A stretch of DNA of 64,000 nt from a virus. Taxonomy: Duplodnaviria > Caudoviricetes. Below, piece by piece: positions 47,507-62,900 of the stretch (positions are counted from its first letter, which is position 1; the number at the start of each line of letters is the position of its first letter). The notes below the pieces were generated by a model. That model searched no databases, was not told where the DNA came from, and saw only the letters and a program-made list of their open reading frames with translations. The DNA is taken from IMG/VR virus record IMGVR_UViG_3300037295_000263, positions 1-64,000 of that record. One strand, 5' to 3'. A program made the position numbers and the translations under genes.

Positions 47507-50500
47507 ATGACAACAACATCAAGACAGAATAATCTTATTCTCAACCAAGATTGGACTAGAATTTATCAAACTTTCAAAAATGCAGATTTTAAAAGCTACG
47601 ATTTTGAAAATCTTCGCCGAGTTATAATTTCGTATTTACGAGAAAACTACCCAGAGGATTTTAACGACTACATCGAAAGTAGCGAATACATGGCATTAAT
47701 AGATGCGGTGGCATTTTTGGGTCAAAGTTTGTCTTTTAGAATAGACCTTGCTAGTCGAGAAAATTTTATCGAGTTAGCAGAGCGCAGAGAAAGTGTTTTA
47801 AGATTAGCACGTATGCTAAGTTATAATCCTAAACGAAATATTCCTGCGTCTGGCATATTAAAATTTGATACTGTTAGTACTACTGAACCAATAATTGACG
47901 GAACTGGTAGAAATTTAGCGCAACAAACGATTGTGTGGGACGACCCTACTAATCCTAATTGGCCTGACCAGTTTATTACTGTAGTAAATGCTGCAATGAC
48001 GGACAATACAGAATTTGGCAGAAGTCAAGGAGCTGAAATTATTCAGGGAATTCCTACCGAGCAATATAGATTTAGGACGTTCTCGCAAGATGTTTCAATT
48101 TTTAATTTTACTAAAACAGTTGCTAGCCGCCAAATGATTTTTGAAATAGTTAGCACCGGATTTAAAGGATCCGAAGAAATATACGAAGAACCTCCTGTTC
48201 CAGGAACACAATTAGGTTTTATATATAGAAATGATAACCGTGGAGGCGCAAGTGCTAACACAGGTTTTTATATGATGTTTAAACAAGGAAGTTTGGAATT
48301 AGCAGATTTTAATATTGATGTGCCTACAACGAATGAAATTATTGCAGTTGATAGCAACAATATTAACAACGACGATGTGTGGTTATATTCTCTCGATTCT
48401 AACGGAGCACAACTCGGTGAATGGACCCGAGTATCTAACTTAATCGGTAATAATATTGCATACAACAGTATAGATGCAAATGTAAGAAACATATACAACG
48501 TAGTAACAAAAGAAAATGATAGGATTGATTTAGCATTTGCGGACGGAGTTTATGGAAACTTACCACAAGGAACATTTCGAATATATTACAGAGTAAGCAA
48601 CGGACTAGTTTATCAAGTATCTCCTCAAGAAATGAGAGGGATTAGTATCAATGTTCCTTATTTAAATAACGTTGGGGAAGCACATACATTAACAATATCG
48701 ATGAGTTTAAAGTATACCTCGAATACTGCATCATCAAGAGAATCGACAGAATCGATCCGTACAAATGCTCCTGCACAATATTATGTACAAAATAGAATGA
48801 TTACCGGAGAAGACTATAACTTAGCACCACTGGCTAGTAGTCAAAATATTTTAAAAATAAAAGCAATTAACAGATCGTCTAGCGGTATTTCTCGTAATTT
48901 TGATATTATAGATGCAAGTGGAAAATACAGTAAAGTTAACGTATTTGCAGATGACGGATTAATTTATAAACAAGATGCAGAAACAAATTTATCTTTTAAA
49001 TTTATCAGTAAATCAGAAATTTATAATTTTATAAATGAAAAACTAGAGCCGTTACTTGCAAGCACTAATGTATATAATCTGTATATAAGTAGATTTGAAA
49101 AATTATTTTTTGAAACGGATAGTGTAACTTGGACACAAGTCACTTCTGATATTAATGTATGCTCTGGATATTTTATCAGATCGAGTGATTCGACAGTATT
49201 ACCGGTAGGCGCATTTTCTACAAATATTTTAAAATTTGTAAAGCCCGGCATGATGATAAAATTTATACCAGCTGTAAGCAAATCTTTTAAAGACGGAAAA
49301 ATGGTAGACACTGCAGCTAATGACCCAAGTCAAAAAAGCTACATGTGGACAAAAGTAATTACAGTTTCGGGTGATGGAACAGGCAGTAACAACACTGGTA
49401 TTTTGCCTGACAACACTGGGGCAATTAAATTTAGTGATAAAATCCCAACAGGTGCAATTGCTAACAGGATTATTCCTAAATTTGTTACTAACTTACCATC
49501 TGCATTTGAAACTGAAATTATAAATCAAATGTTTGAAAACCAAACATTCGGTTTGCGATATGATATCGAAACTCAAACATGGGACTTAATCACGTCGGAC
49601 AATATTGATACAATTTCTTCTTTTAGCTTAGGATCCTCAGGCGATTCTTCTAACTCGGGCCTTGATGCTTCATGGGTCGTTGCATTTATAAGAAAAGCAG
49701 ACCAGTATGTAATTAGGATAAGAGGGACTGAATATATTTTTTCTAGCCTAGAACAAAATAGATTTTATTACGATTCTTCTCAAAAGATTTATGATAGTCG
49801 TACCGGACAAGTCGTTAAAGATCGAGTATTAGTATTAGGGATAAATCCAGATCCTGGATTCATGTCAATACTAAAACAAGACATTGTTTTTAACATAGAC
49901 GATTCAATTACATATAGTGACGGATTCCAAAGTACTAGTGAAATAAAGTTAGCGTTTAGCGACAAAGATGATGACGGAGTAATTGACGATCCTGATGCAT
50001 TTGACGCTATTGTCGGCGAAAACCCAACATATTTATTTTTTAATCAAACAGTCGATGGGCAAGGAAATATCTCCAGTACATTTTTTGATAATTCCGATGA
50101 TACTATACTAATTTTTGAATCAGAAAGTTCTTTTAATATAGCTGCGTACGAAACTGGACAACTGGTATACTTTTTTAGTGAGAACGAAAACATCGTAAAA
50201 CGGGTCAACCGATCAACTAATACTCTACTACTTGAAAATAAAATTAAACCCTTTGTAGGGCGTAACAACATTAAATTTCAATATGTACACAATGCAGGCA
50301 CAGATAGAAGGATAGATCCTAGTGTAAGCAACATAATTGATATTTACTTGTTAACAAGAAATTATGATACTGCATACAGAAATTTTGTTGCAGGCTTTGC
50401 ATTAGAACCAGTTCCGCCTACGAGCGATAGCTTGCGGATTAATTTTAGTAAAAACTTAAACTTAATCAAATCAATAAGTGATGAAATAATTTATCATCCA

Positions 50501-50899
50501 GTTAAGTACAAAGTGCTATTTGGATCGAATGCAAGTCCGTCTCTGCAAGCACAGTTTAAAATAGTAAAAAATCCCAATAAGTCTATTAATGACAATGATC
50601 TAAAAGTTCGTATCATTAACGCAATTAATGAATTTTTTAATGTGAATAATTGGGACTTCGGTGACAGATTTTATATAAGCGAATTAACAACGTATGTTGT
50701 TAATTCAGTATCGCCGGATGTAAGTAACTTAGCATTAGTTCCTAAGCAACCTGATCAAGCATTTTCTAGTTTATTTGAAATACAAAGTAATATTGATGAA
50801 ATATTCATCAGCAGTGCAACAGTTGATAACATTGATATTGTTACTGCAATTTCAACTACTGAAATTGCTCTGTCGGCATCCAACCTAAGCATAACATAA
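47507..50899 (+). CDS. gp6: Baseplate wedge protein, gp6-like (1130 aa)
   Basis: DFENLRR..ISYLR..YPE.FND, RENF..LAERRESV..LA.MLSY.P and ESTESIRTNAP..Y..QNRMITGEDY motifs. Confidence 0.85.
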   Translation: MTTTSRQNNLILNQDWTRIYQTFKNADFKSYDFENLRRVIISYLRENYPEDFNDYIESSEYMALIDAVAFLGQSLSFRIDLASRENFIELAERRESVLRLARMLSYNPKRNIPASGILKFDTVSTTEPIIDGTGRNLAQQTIVWDDPTNPNWPDQFITVVNAAMTDNTEFGRSQGAEIIQGIPTEQYRFRTFSQDVSIFNFTKTVASRQMIFEIVSTGFKGSEEIYEEPPVPGTQLGFIYRNDNRGGASANTGFYMMFKQGSLELADFNIDVPTTNEIIAVDSNNINNDDVWLYSLDSNGAQLGEWTRVSNLIGNNIAYNSIDANVRNIYNVVTKENDRIDLAFADGVYGNLPQGTFRIYYRVSNGLVYQVSPQEMRGISINVPYLNNVGEAHTLTISMSLKYTSNTASSRESTESIRTNAPAQYYVQNRMITGEDYNLAPLASSQNILKIKAINRSSSGISRNFDIIDASGKYSKVNVFADDGLIYKQDAETNLSFKFISKSEIYNFINEKLEPLLASTNVYNLYISRFEKLFFETDSVTWTQVTSDINVCSGYFIRSSDSTVLPVGAFSTNILKFVKPGMMIKFIPAVSKSFKDGKMVDTAANDPSQKSYMWTKVITVSGDGTGSNNTGILPDNTGAIKFSDKIPTGAIANRIIPKFVTNLPSAFETEIINQMFENQTFGLRYDIETQTWDLITSDNIDTISSFSLGSSGDSSNSGLDASWVVAFIRKADQYVIRIRGTEYIFSSLEQNRFYYDSSQKIYDSRTGQVVKDRVLVLGINPDPGFMSILKQDIVFNIDDSITYSDGFQSTSEIKLAFSDKDDDGVIDDPDAFDAIVGENPTYLFFNQTVDGQGNISSTFFDNSDDTILIFESESSFNIAAYETGQLVYFFSENENIVKRVNRSTNTLLLENKIKPFVGRNNIKFQYVHNAGTDRRIDPSVSNIIDIYLLTRNYDTAYRNFVAGFALEPVPPTSDSLRINFSKNLNLIKSISDEIIYHPVKYKVLFGSNASPSLQAQFKIVKNPNKSINDNDLKVRIINAINEFFNVNNWDFGDRFYISELTTYVVNSVSPDVSNLALVPKQPDQAFSSLFEIQSNIDEIFISSATVDNIDIVTAISTTEIALSASNLSIT

Positions 50900-50900
50900 T

Positions 50901-53900
50901 ATGACAATTAAAAACTTCCCTAAAAGCCAAACACCTATTCGAAAGTCGGTAGAACTTTTACCTAAGCTTTTTCAAACAGAAACTAATTCTAAATTCATGT
51001 CAGGGGTTGTTGACTCTTTTGTACAGCCAGGATCACTAGATAAAACTGTTGGTTATATTGGTAAACGATATGGAAAAACATTCAATAGCACTGACATATA
51101 TTTAGACACAGATGCTACGTTGCGGAGTGTGTATCAGCTGGATCCTGGTGTAGTTATTAAAGACAACGACAACAATAATGTTGATGGGTTTTATGATTAT
51201 ATCGATTTTAAAAATCAATTAAGATTTTTTGAAAACAAAATTGATAGAGATGATTTAATAACAAGTAGCACACATTATACCTGGAATCCTCCACTCGAAT
51301 GGGATAAGCTAATTAACTATCGAGAATATTTCTGGATACCGCAAGGCCCTCCTGCTGTTAATGTTAGCGGAACTATAGGAACAAATGTAAATGCAATCGA
51401 AATCGTTACCGGTTCTCGGTATGTAATCAATTCTTTAGGAAATACAAATTTTATTGAGTTAGGAGCAGAATCTAATCAAAGTGGCGTTGAATTTGTTGCT
51501 ATTCGCTCAGGAACAGGAACAGGAACAGCAAAATTAGTAGAAGTTAGTACGTTCAAAGTAAACAACGGAATAGTTTCTGCATGGGTGTTTTCACCGGACG
51601 GATTAACTTCTAACCCCACTATAACATTGTACAGAGGAAAAACTTATAAATTTAAAGTAAATGCACCGGATGATAATTTTTTTATAAGACGACAAATAGA
51701 TACTGGGTCAATGATATACAATCCTATATTGCCTTACCAGAAAAATCAAGTAGTTGCATACAATGGAAAATTGTACAAAGCAGAAGTAGATATTGCAGCA
51801 CAATTAAATCCAGTCTCAGTCGATGAGGATGTAAGATGGACATATCTTAAAGACATAACAGAAGATAACTACTTGGATTATAATAACGGGGTCACAAACA
51901 ATGGAACGTCTAACGGCGTACTTACATTTTCGATACCGTTCAATGCTCCTGATTTGTTATTTTACCAAAGCAGTATAGATCCTAATAAATTTGGAAAATT
52001 TTTAATTGCATCGATTGAAGAAAATACAAATATCAATGTAGAAAAAGAAATATTAGGAAAGTTATCTTATCAGAGTAGCAACGGAGTAAATTTTTCCAAC
52101 GGACTTGTTGTAAAATTTATTGGAAATATATTTCCTGTAATTTACGAAAAAGATTCATGGTTAGTAGAAGGCGTAGGAACTGGTATAACTCTTACTAAAT
52201 TTCAAAATCTTATTGTGTCTCCGGCAATTGTGAAAAATTCTCCAGATGTAGTATTCGACGGGCAAGGATTTGATTCGTTACCTTTTGACGATGCTAGTGC
52301 ATATCCTTCGGATAAAGACTATATTACTATTAGTAAATCGAGCCTCGATGGAAATGCATGGTCAAGATATAACAGATGGTTTCATAGATCTGTACTCGAA
52401 CAAGCGCATACACTAAACAATTCCACTTTTTTTGCTACAGAAAATTCTAGGGCAAAACGGCCTATTATTGAGTTTAAGCCTAACTTACAATTATTTCAAC
52501 ACGGTAGCAGAGTTAAAAATCCAGTAGACTTTATTGATACATTTACCTTAGATGCATTTTCTGATATAGAAGGCAGCCAAGGTTACATTGTAGACGGAGA
52601 ATCATTATTCGATAAAGCAAGACTGTTAATAACTGCAGATACTGATTTTTTTGTTAACAATCAAGTGTATGTTGTTAATTTTATTGTACATAATGGAATC
52701 CGACAAATAAGTTTAATTAAAGACGTCGATGGAGAGCCAACAGTAAATGATGGGATTTTAATTCGCAGAGGAGCTGTCAACAGAGGAATGATGTTCTATT
52801 TTGATGGAACAACATGGGCTAAGAGCCAGCAACCTAGTGCAGTAAATCAGTCTCCATTATTTGACATGTTTGATAGTGATGGGTATAGTTTTTCTGATAA
52901 TACTGTTTATCCATCGAGTTCGTTTGCAGGAACTCCTATAATTAGTTACAAATTAGGTAATGGAAAAATTGATAAGGAGTTGGGTTTTAAGATCAGTTAC
53001 TTGAATATAAACAATGTAGGAGATATTCAATTCCAGTTTAATTTAGACAGCGACGACTTCTTATATCAGCAAGAACAGCAGGTTGTATATAAAAAATTAT
53101 CTTCTGGTTTTTATAAATTTAATAATACAGACATTTTAGAAAATGGGTGGATTAATCTAGATCCAAAATACTTACAGCCTATAATTGAAAGTGTTACAGT
53201 AACAGAGCCTACGAATCGGATTGTATCTAATGCAATAAAATGGAACAGTATTACTGATACTGACATAGATAAGATTATATTTTTCGTTAATGGTACAAAA
53301 ATTAATGACAAATTTACAAGAATAAATGATACTTTTAACTTTGAAAGAACGTTTGATATTAATGATGTAATTGTTTTAAAGTTATTTTCAAGTGCAGAAC
53401 CCGAAGATGGTTATTACGAAATACCTTTGGGATTAGAAAAAAATCCTCTTAATCAAAAAATAGCTAGTTTCACATTAGGTCAAGCATCTGATCATATAAT
53501 ATCTGGATTAGAGCTATTTGACTCTTTTTCAGGAATATATCAAGGAGAAAATAATCTAAGAGATATTTCCGGTTATGAAAATTTAAGCAGAAGATTCTTA
53601 AAGCATACAGGAATAACTCCGGTAGCAATGGTAGCATTGTGTGATAAAGAAATTAACATAATAAAATCTTTACAATATGCTAAAGACGCATATTCTGAAT
53701 TTAAAAACACATTCTTATCAGTTGCTGAGTCAATAATATACGATGATAACATTCCAAATTTTGTAGATGCTATTCTAAAAGAAATAGGTAAATCGAAAAA
53801 TAACTCAAGTCCATTTTTCAGATCTGATATGATAGGCAGTGGAGCATTTACTTCTTTACTGTATACAGTAGAAGATGAAGGTATAAAATCGTTTGTCTTA

Positions 53901-56900
53901 TCTGATAAATTTGATCTCGATAATAATAGTAATCGGGCAGTTTACATTTACATAAATCAGCAGCAATTAATTGCTGGAAAAGATTATGAATTTAATTCTA
54001 ATTTTGGATTTGTAACACTAAGCATAGAATTAGCAGAAGGTGACGTAATCGAGATTAGAGAATATGTATCTACTTCTAATAATTTTATTCCGTCGACACC
54101 TACTAAGCTAGGACTTTATAAAAAATACACTCCTGCAATGATATTAGATGACACGTTTGTTGAACCTCGGGAAATGATTCAAGGACATGATGGTAGTCTT
54201 ATATTTGCATACGGCGATTATCGAGACGACATTTTATTAGAATTAGAAAACAGGATTTACAATAATATAAAACAGCAATATAATCCTTTGATTTTTGATA
54301 ATGACAAAGTGTTAGGGGGATTTTATAATTCAGAAATTTATAATAAAAACCAATTAGACACACTTATTAATGCTGATTTTTTAAGATGGTTATCTGCAGT
54401 TAACATAAACTTTACAGAAAATTCCTATTTTGATTCTGAAGATTCGTTTACTTATACTTACTCTGCTATGACAGATCCATTAGGTCAACAATCGTTGCCT
54501 GGATACTGGAGAGGAGTGTATCGGTGGATTTACGACACCGATAGGCCACACCGTTGTCCTTGGGAAATGTTAGGATTTAGTCAACAGCCACTATGGTGGG
54601 AAGAAGAATACGGACCATTTCCGTATACTAGTAATAATTTAATATTGTGGGATCATCTGCAAGAAGGAAGAATTACACAAGGGGAACGTGCAGGAATACA
54701 TGACAGATACAAAAGACCATTATTATTGGAACATTTGCCAGTGGACGAATATGGCAACTTGTTAAGTCCTTTAGAATCTAGCTTTGCAAGAAATTTTGTA
54801 TTAATTAATAACAAAGGTAATTTTAAATTTGGAGATGTATCTCCTGCAGAACATGCATGGCGAACCAGTTCAGAATATCCTTTTTCAATAATATCTGCGC
54901 TGTGTCTATTGCGTCCGTTTGACTACATTTCGACAAATTTTAATAAGTCGTTAACAACATTAAACATTTCAGGCCAAACAATTAATGTAAATTCTGAAAC
55001 TTTTATAACAATCGATGATTTAATTTTAAACGATACAGATGTTAATGCTCCGGTCACTGGGTTATTTTTATATATCGTAGACTATCTGAAATCAAAAGCA
55101 AAAGATAAATCTATTATTGAAAATAAAATAAAAAATATAGATGTTTTATTATCTAACAGAATTTCAGGTTTTGTTGATCAAGCACAGCAGAAATATTTGC
55201 TAGACAGCAAAAGTCCTAATTCGTCGTCGAGTAGTATTTTTATTCCTAATGAAAACTATAATATTATTTTTGATGTTAGCTGTCCTATATCTAGCATATC
55301 TTATAGCGGGCTACTAATTGAAAAAGTTAATAAAGGTTGGAAAATTTCAGGGTATGATAGCCTTGATCCTTATTTTGAATATTTCAAAGCAGTAGCTAGC
55401 CAAACAGATGCATTAATTTCAGTAGGAGGAATCTCTGAACCTTTTGTAGAGTGGGTTGCAGATAAATTTTATAGTAATGGTATTTTAATTAGATACAATA
55501 ATAAATTCTACAGAAGTTTGCAAAGCCATACTAGTGAAGATAATTTTAATGTTGCATTATGGAAGCAGTTGCCTAAGGTTCCAATAGTTAACGGAATAGA
55601 AGTTTTTAAACGTCGATTTTTTGATACATTATCTGTTAGAAAGGTTATGTACGGTCAAGTTTTTGAAAACATTCAAGAGCTAGCAGATTTTATACAAGGG
55701 TACGAGCAGTATCAATTGTCATTGGGTATTGCGTTTAATGGGTATAGCTCTGAGACACAAACAGCATTTGACTGGACAACTTCGTTAAAAGAATTTATGT
55801 TCTGGACAAAGCATAATTGGGCAGAAGGATCATTAATTTCGCTAAGCCCTTTAGCTCAAAAAATTGAAATAGATGTGACAGTAGGAGCAGCGGAAAACAT
55901 TTTAGACAGCTTCTATAATTATCAAATTTTAAAAAGTGACGGAGCAGCATTACCTCTTAATTTTATTAACGTTTCAAGAGATTTCCAAAAAGTAACTATT
56001 TCAACAACTAATACTAACGAGGGAATTTATTTTCTTAAAATTTATTTTGTTTTGAAAGAACATATTGTGTTATTCGACGATAGAACAGTCTTTAACGATG
56101 TGATATATGATAAGCCGTCTGGGTATCGACAAGACCGAATTAAAGTTAGAGGTTTTCGTACAACTGACTGGAATGGCGATTACACTAGCCCGGGGTTTGT
56201 ATTTGACAATGTCAATATAGGGCAATGGCAGCCGTTTGTTGATTATAAACTAGGTGACATTGTATCTTATAAGTCCTTTTCGTGGACTAGCAGTAAAACA
56301 CATTTAGGATCTGAAACATTTGAAAATTCTAATTGGACAAAACTTGACTTGATACCTGAAAAAGGATTAGTTGCTAATTTCGATTATCGAATAAATCAAT
56401 TTGAAGATTATTTCGAAGTAGAAGCAGACGGAATTGGGTCGAGCCAGCGCGAACTAGCAAGGCATGCTATTGGCTATCAAAAAAGAGATTACCTTCAAAA
56501 TCTAGCAGAAGATGATGTCACTCAGTTTAGACTATACCAAGGATTTATTAGAGAAAAAGGTACTGCTAATTCAGTAGTTAAGATTTTTGATAAACTAAGC
56601 AAAACTTCGAATAGTGTAATATTAAATGAGGAGTGGGCATTTAATGTAGGGCAACTCGGAGGAGTAGATCAAACAACCGAATATGAAATTAAATTAAACA
56701 AAATTAATTTTAAAATGTCACCTCAGCCGATTTTAATAACAAATTTAAGTGATCGGTATGTTAATAATCAATACATTAAATCTACAATTAACGATTTTAC
56801 GTTAAGACCGATACCATTCACTACATCAATATCACCTACTAGCGTATATACAGGAGATACTCGAAATGCAGGATATGTAAAATTAGACCATGTAGATTTT

Positions 56901-59900
56901 GTAAAAGCATCAAGAAATAACATTTTAGAAATTGATTCAACTTCTGTTAAAGATAATTCTTATATTTGGTTAACGTTTAATCAAAATTCGTGGACAGTAT
57001 TTCGATATAATATAAATCCTTTAATAAAAATAACTAATATTGAAATAACTGATATAACAGTAATACTTACGACTGACATCCCTCATGGATTATTCATCGG
57101 TGATGTTTTTAGCATCAATAATTTTATCAATTTAAACGGGTTTTACAGAGCATTTAATACAACAACTAACACAATAAGATTTGTAACAGCCACAACAATT
57201 CCTACTCCTGTTTTAGAAGATAATCCAAACTACAGCCTTGGTATTTTAACAGAAGCACGACTTGATAATATTTCAACTTTAGATTTTTCATCAGCTCCTG
57301 AAGGATTCAGATATTGGATCGATAGCGACGAAAGTGAAAAATGGAAAGTAATAGAAAAGAATTCACAACTTAATCAAGACGAGTTTGTAGTATTGGCACA
57401 AGAAGAGCCTACAGTAGATATTGATTTGATAGATAATGTTAAATTATATGATCCAGTTAATCAGATAAAATTAGCAGACGTTGACTTTGTTAATTATTAC
57501 AAATTAAAAATTTTAAATTTTGCAGAACAGTCTTTGTCATTTAAAACAATTTACGATCCTGCAATTTACAGTATAGGAACAGAAGATGAAACAGTAGACG
57601 AAGATCAAGCATGGTTTGAAAAAAATGTAGGAAAACTATGGTGGGATTTGAACAGTTGTAAATTTTTCTTAGCAGAGCAAGGTAGCGTAGCTTATCGATC
57701 AGGAAATTGGAATAATCTTGTGGAAGGAGCCTCTGTTGATATTTACGAATGGGTAGAAACTCCGTTGCTACCGGAGGAATGGAGTATTCTTGCAGATACT
57801 GCTGAAGGGTTAAATTTAGGAATATCAGGCCAACCTAAATTCAACGACAGTTCAGTATTAAGTGTTAAGATGGTAATTAATCCTGTTACTGGAGAAAATA
57901 CTAATAAGCTCTATTACTATTGGGTAAAAGATTCAACTATAATACCTGCAAATATAATTAGGAAAAGTTCAGCAAGCGAAGTCCGACGATTAATTGAAAA
58001 TCCAGCCGCATCAGGTTTTCCTTTTATTTCGTTTATTGAAAATAATAAATTTTTATCTTATAATTTAGAGAATTATTTTAAATCCGACTCTGCGTTGTTG
58101 AATATTCAGTATAAGAAAAAATATACCAATTTAAATCCAGTGAATAATGAATATCAATTGCTGACAGAAGGAGTAGCAGACAGCGTTCCGGCGCCATCTC
58201 TCGAGGCTAAGTGGATAGATAGTTTAATAGGTGAAGATCGTGCAGGAAATCGCGTCCCAGACAGTACATTGTCAGACAAACAAAAATATGGAATAAAATT
58301 CCGTCCAAGACAAACAATGTTTGCAGACCGCGGTGAAGCACTAAAGGTTGTATTCGGCAATGTGAATTCTGTCCTTATGCAACAGCCTTTTGTAGATTTA
58401 ATTAATTTTGATAAATTAAATCAAACAGATAATCCTCCTAGTGCAGTATTAAACGAATATGATACTGTGCTTGATACTTTTTCTGACATATCACAATATG
58501 GGTTAGTGCGAGCTAAAGAATCTGTAGTCGAGATAGTCTTAATTAATGGAAAGATTGAAAATATAAACATTACTAATCCTGGTTTTGGATATGCAGTTTC
58601 ACCTCCGATTACAATCACTGGAGATGGTAAAAACGGATCTGCAACTGCAGAAATAGATTCGCAAGGAAGAATTTCTAAAATAACTGTAACTAACAAAGGA
58701 TCAGGGTATAGTGTTGCAAATGCAACGATTAGGACATTTTCTATTTTAGTAATAAACGACAGCACGTATGACAACAAATGGAGTATCTATTCATGGGATC
58801 AACAACGTAATGTATTTTTTAGAAGCAAGTCGCAGGCATTTGACGTTAAGCAGTATTGGATAACGGTTGATTGGTGGGATACAACCTACTCGTCAGAATC
58901 CAGTATTGTTAAAGAAATTAATAGTATAGATCAATTAGAATTAATTAATTTAGAAGTTGATGAGTTAATACGAATTAAAGAATTTGCAAATGGCGGTTGG
59001 GCAGTAGTTAAAAAAACAAAATACGGTGCCGGTGATTTATTAAACAATTTTACATTAGTTGGTAGAAAAAACGGGACAATACAAATACTTGAATCTGCTT
59101 TCAACTTAACACAAAATTCTACAGGATTCAATGGCACAGGATCATATGATTCTACGCTGTACGATTTACAGAATTCTAAAGAACTACGGATTATACTCGA
59201 TGCTGTAAAACACGACATTTTCATTAATGATCTGCGAGTCGAGTGGAATAAATTATTTTTTGCTTCGGTAAGATATGCTTTCTCAGAACAATTATACATT
59301 AATTGGGCATTTAAGACTAGTTTCCTGAATGCGATACACACTGTAACGGAACTATCGCAGAAATTAAATTACAGATCAGATAACTTAGATAGTTATAGAG
59401 AGTATTTAGAAGAGGTAAAGCCTTTTAGAACCACAATCCGAGAATATACTAGTCGATATACTAAACTTGAAAATACTCCAAGTGCGATGACTGACTTCGA
59501 TCTTCCGCCTGCGTATTCTGCACAAGCCGGTAAAGTAGTTCCTATCAATAGCAATTTTAATAAATTTGAAGAATATCCGTGGAAGTGGTGGGCCGATAAT
59601 AATGGATTCGAGATTACTGATATTGAAATTTTAAATGCAGGATCGGACTACACATCGCCACCATCGGTATTGATACAAGGCAATGGATACTATGCCCAAG
59701 CAAGAGCATTTATATCTAACGGAAGAATATCAAAAATACAAATATTAAATCCAGGAACACAGTACACAACGACTCCAATAATAGAATTAGTAGGCGGAAA
59801 CGGATCTTCAACTAATACAGCTAAAGCAGTAGCTATACTGGGCAATTCAAAAATACGAGTGTTTAACACCTCTCTAAAATTTGATAGGATTTGTAAAAAT

Positions 59901-62900
59901 GGCATTTATGAAAACTTTATGCATATTCAAGAAGAAACGTCGTCGGGTTCCGAAAGTATTTTCAATTTAACATATCCGCCGAGTTACGATTCGAGTAAAC
60001 TACAAATTTTTATTAATAATAAATTATTATTAAAAAACAATTATACTGTTAAAATATATAAAGAAAATATATTTTCAAGTACTTTATCAGGAAAAGTAAT
60101 ATTTAATGTTCCTCCAGAAACAGGAGCAGCTATTAAAATCATTTATGATAAGAATAATAGCATACTTGATAGCGTTAATAGAATTAACAAATATTATTCT
60201 CCTGCGACAGGAATGATAGGGAATGATATTACTCAATTGATGACAGGTATTGATTTTGGCGGAGTTAAAATCCAAGGAAATTCTTTTGACGTAACAGGCG
60301 GATGGGACGCAATGCCATGGTTTACTGACAATTGGGATAGTGCCAAATCTAGCGGAGATTTTTATTATGCTTTTTCTTTTGGCACAGACGAAGATAGTAC
60401 GCAGATTTATAAAACAGGAAAATTGTTCAAATACGATAACATTTTTTATAAAGCACTTAAAACAACTGCCAATGGAGAAGGGCTTGCAGTTTATCCGCAG
60501 ATTTCAGAAGGATGGCAAGAATTCTGGGAAAGATTCGAAGTTGAGTTGCCATTTGTACCATTAGTAGGTCAAGAAATATCAGTATATTTACGGTTAGCAG
60601 GTGAAAATACGTCAACTCGTATAGATGATTTAAATTACGGATCTGCCGAGCAAACAAATACTAATGCAGTAATGCTAACAATTATCGGAGATGGTATTTT
60701 TAATACTGTTGATCTAAACGAAATTGTAACAATTGAGCAGGGTGATACTATAATTTTTAGAACTATGGACAGCGATGGAGCAATTACTATAAATGATATT
60801 AATTTACTCGATAGCAACATAGACGGCGGATCGATTGACGAGATTATCGGCGGAGCTTTTATTACTGCAAACGGTAAAAAAGCAGAAGATATAGTAATAG
60901 ACGGCGATTCATTTATAACACCCGATCAAGTTCCGGCTCCTGAAGAAAATGTTCCAGGTCAAGTACTTGATAGTGTTAGTATAAAAGTTTTTACAGAATT
61001 AACAGGGAATGCAGCACCATTACAGAGCAGCGTTTTTGTAGGAAATGGTGTAACTTCTTCGTATAATATCGGGCTAACTGTATTTGAATCGGACTCTGTT
61101 ATTGTATACTTGGATAAAATAAAACAGGATTACAACATCGATTTTGAAATTGATTGGACAAAAAATACGATCAAGTTCCTGTCAACTCCGTTGTCTGGAC
61201 AATCTGTTGAAATTATATCAATAGGTACAGGCGGAACATCTCTGTTAGATTATCAAGAGTTTAAGGCAGACGGTGACACATCTTTATTCTTAACTAAAGC
61301 AGACTTTAACAAAACATCAGAAGTGTTAGTGTCGCTAGACGGAGAACAAGTTGATATAGGATTCAGAAATAGTTCTGAATTTTTAGATATTGATAACAAA
61401 ACAATAATTCAATTTGGATTAAGGCCGTCGAGAAATCAAGTTATTAAAATTGTATCTATAGGAAATAATAACTCGCAAGCTGGCAATAGTTTGGTTAGGG
61501 TCAACACACAGCAAATAATCTCCGATGGCAGAACTAAAACTTTTGAGTTAGACAACTTCGTTAATTTAAATAGTGCATCTTTGCAATCCTCTGTGTTAGT
61601 AAATTTGAATAATAAACAACTTAACAGTATTGATACTATATATGTTGAATATAATGGCACAAATAATCAAGTAGATTTAAACCCTAACAATCAATATTTG
61701 TCGGGTACAATTTTACCTTCCGATATTGTAGTGTTTATAAATGACCGTCGAGCATTGTTTGTTACTGATTATATAATCAATTCTATTCAAGATTCGTTAA
61801 CAATTAACGCTTCCAAATTAAAGAAAGGCGATATTATCCGTATAAATGTTGGAATAGTTTCTGATTATAGCATTAGCGGAACACAATTAATATTGTCAGA
61901 TGATGTAGAGTTAACCGAGTCGGATATTATCGAAGTAACATGGTTTAGCAATTATCTCGCAATGAATATAATCTCAGATCAATATATGGGAGGCTTATTA
62001 AGATATCCATTATCTAAATCTGTGTTAAGTTCTGATTATGTTTGGGTTTATAAAAATGGTATAAAATTGTCTACGAGCATAGACTTTACTGTAGATCTTT
62101 CTGCCAAATTTGTTTATTTGGTAAACAGTACAGTTTCGAGCGATTCTATTAAAATAGTAGAATTTGCAAATTCGATAAATCAAAATCCTAGCGCATATGA
62201 AATTTTTAAAGATATGTTGAATACTGTTCAATACACACGGTATGCTGTGAATAGCAGCATAGTTCTAGTTAATCAGTTGAATTATTACGATCAATCTTTC
62301 GAAGTTAGCGATGCGTCTACACTAACAATTCCGATTACTAACAGAAATATTCCTGGAGTAGTAGTTATTAACAACGAGCGTATCGAATATCTTCGTAAAG
62401 AAGGAAACATCTTAAGCCAGCTGCGCAGAGGAGTTCATGGGACAGGAATTTCACCGATTCATTCTCCTGGAAGTATTGTTGTAAATATAGGCTATACTGA
62501 AACTATTCCTTATTCTGAAAAAGAAGAAATATTTATTGCAGAAAATCGAACAGCAGATAATGTATTGTTAATAGGACCATTAGATTTTATTCCGACAAAA
62601 TCTACAAACAGGAATGAATGGTTTAAAGGAATACAGGAACATGCAATTCCTGAAGAATTCGGACCGTGCGACCAAATAGAAGTTTTTGTAGAAGGACGAA
62701 GATTGCGTAAAGACCCTATTACAGTTTATTCAGAAATATTAGGACCTGCAGAAGTATCTAACGGTATTGAGATTCCTGCAGAATTTTCTGTAGATGGTAT
62801 TACTCCGTATATAAGATTAACTACTTCAGTTAACAAAACTTCTGAAATTAAAATAGTAAGAAGACAGGGAAAAATATGGTATGATACTGGCATTGATGCT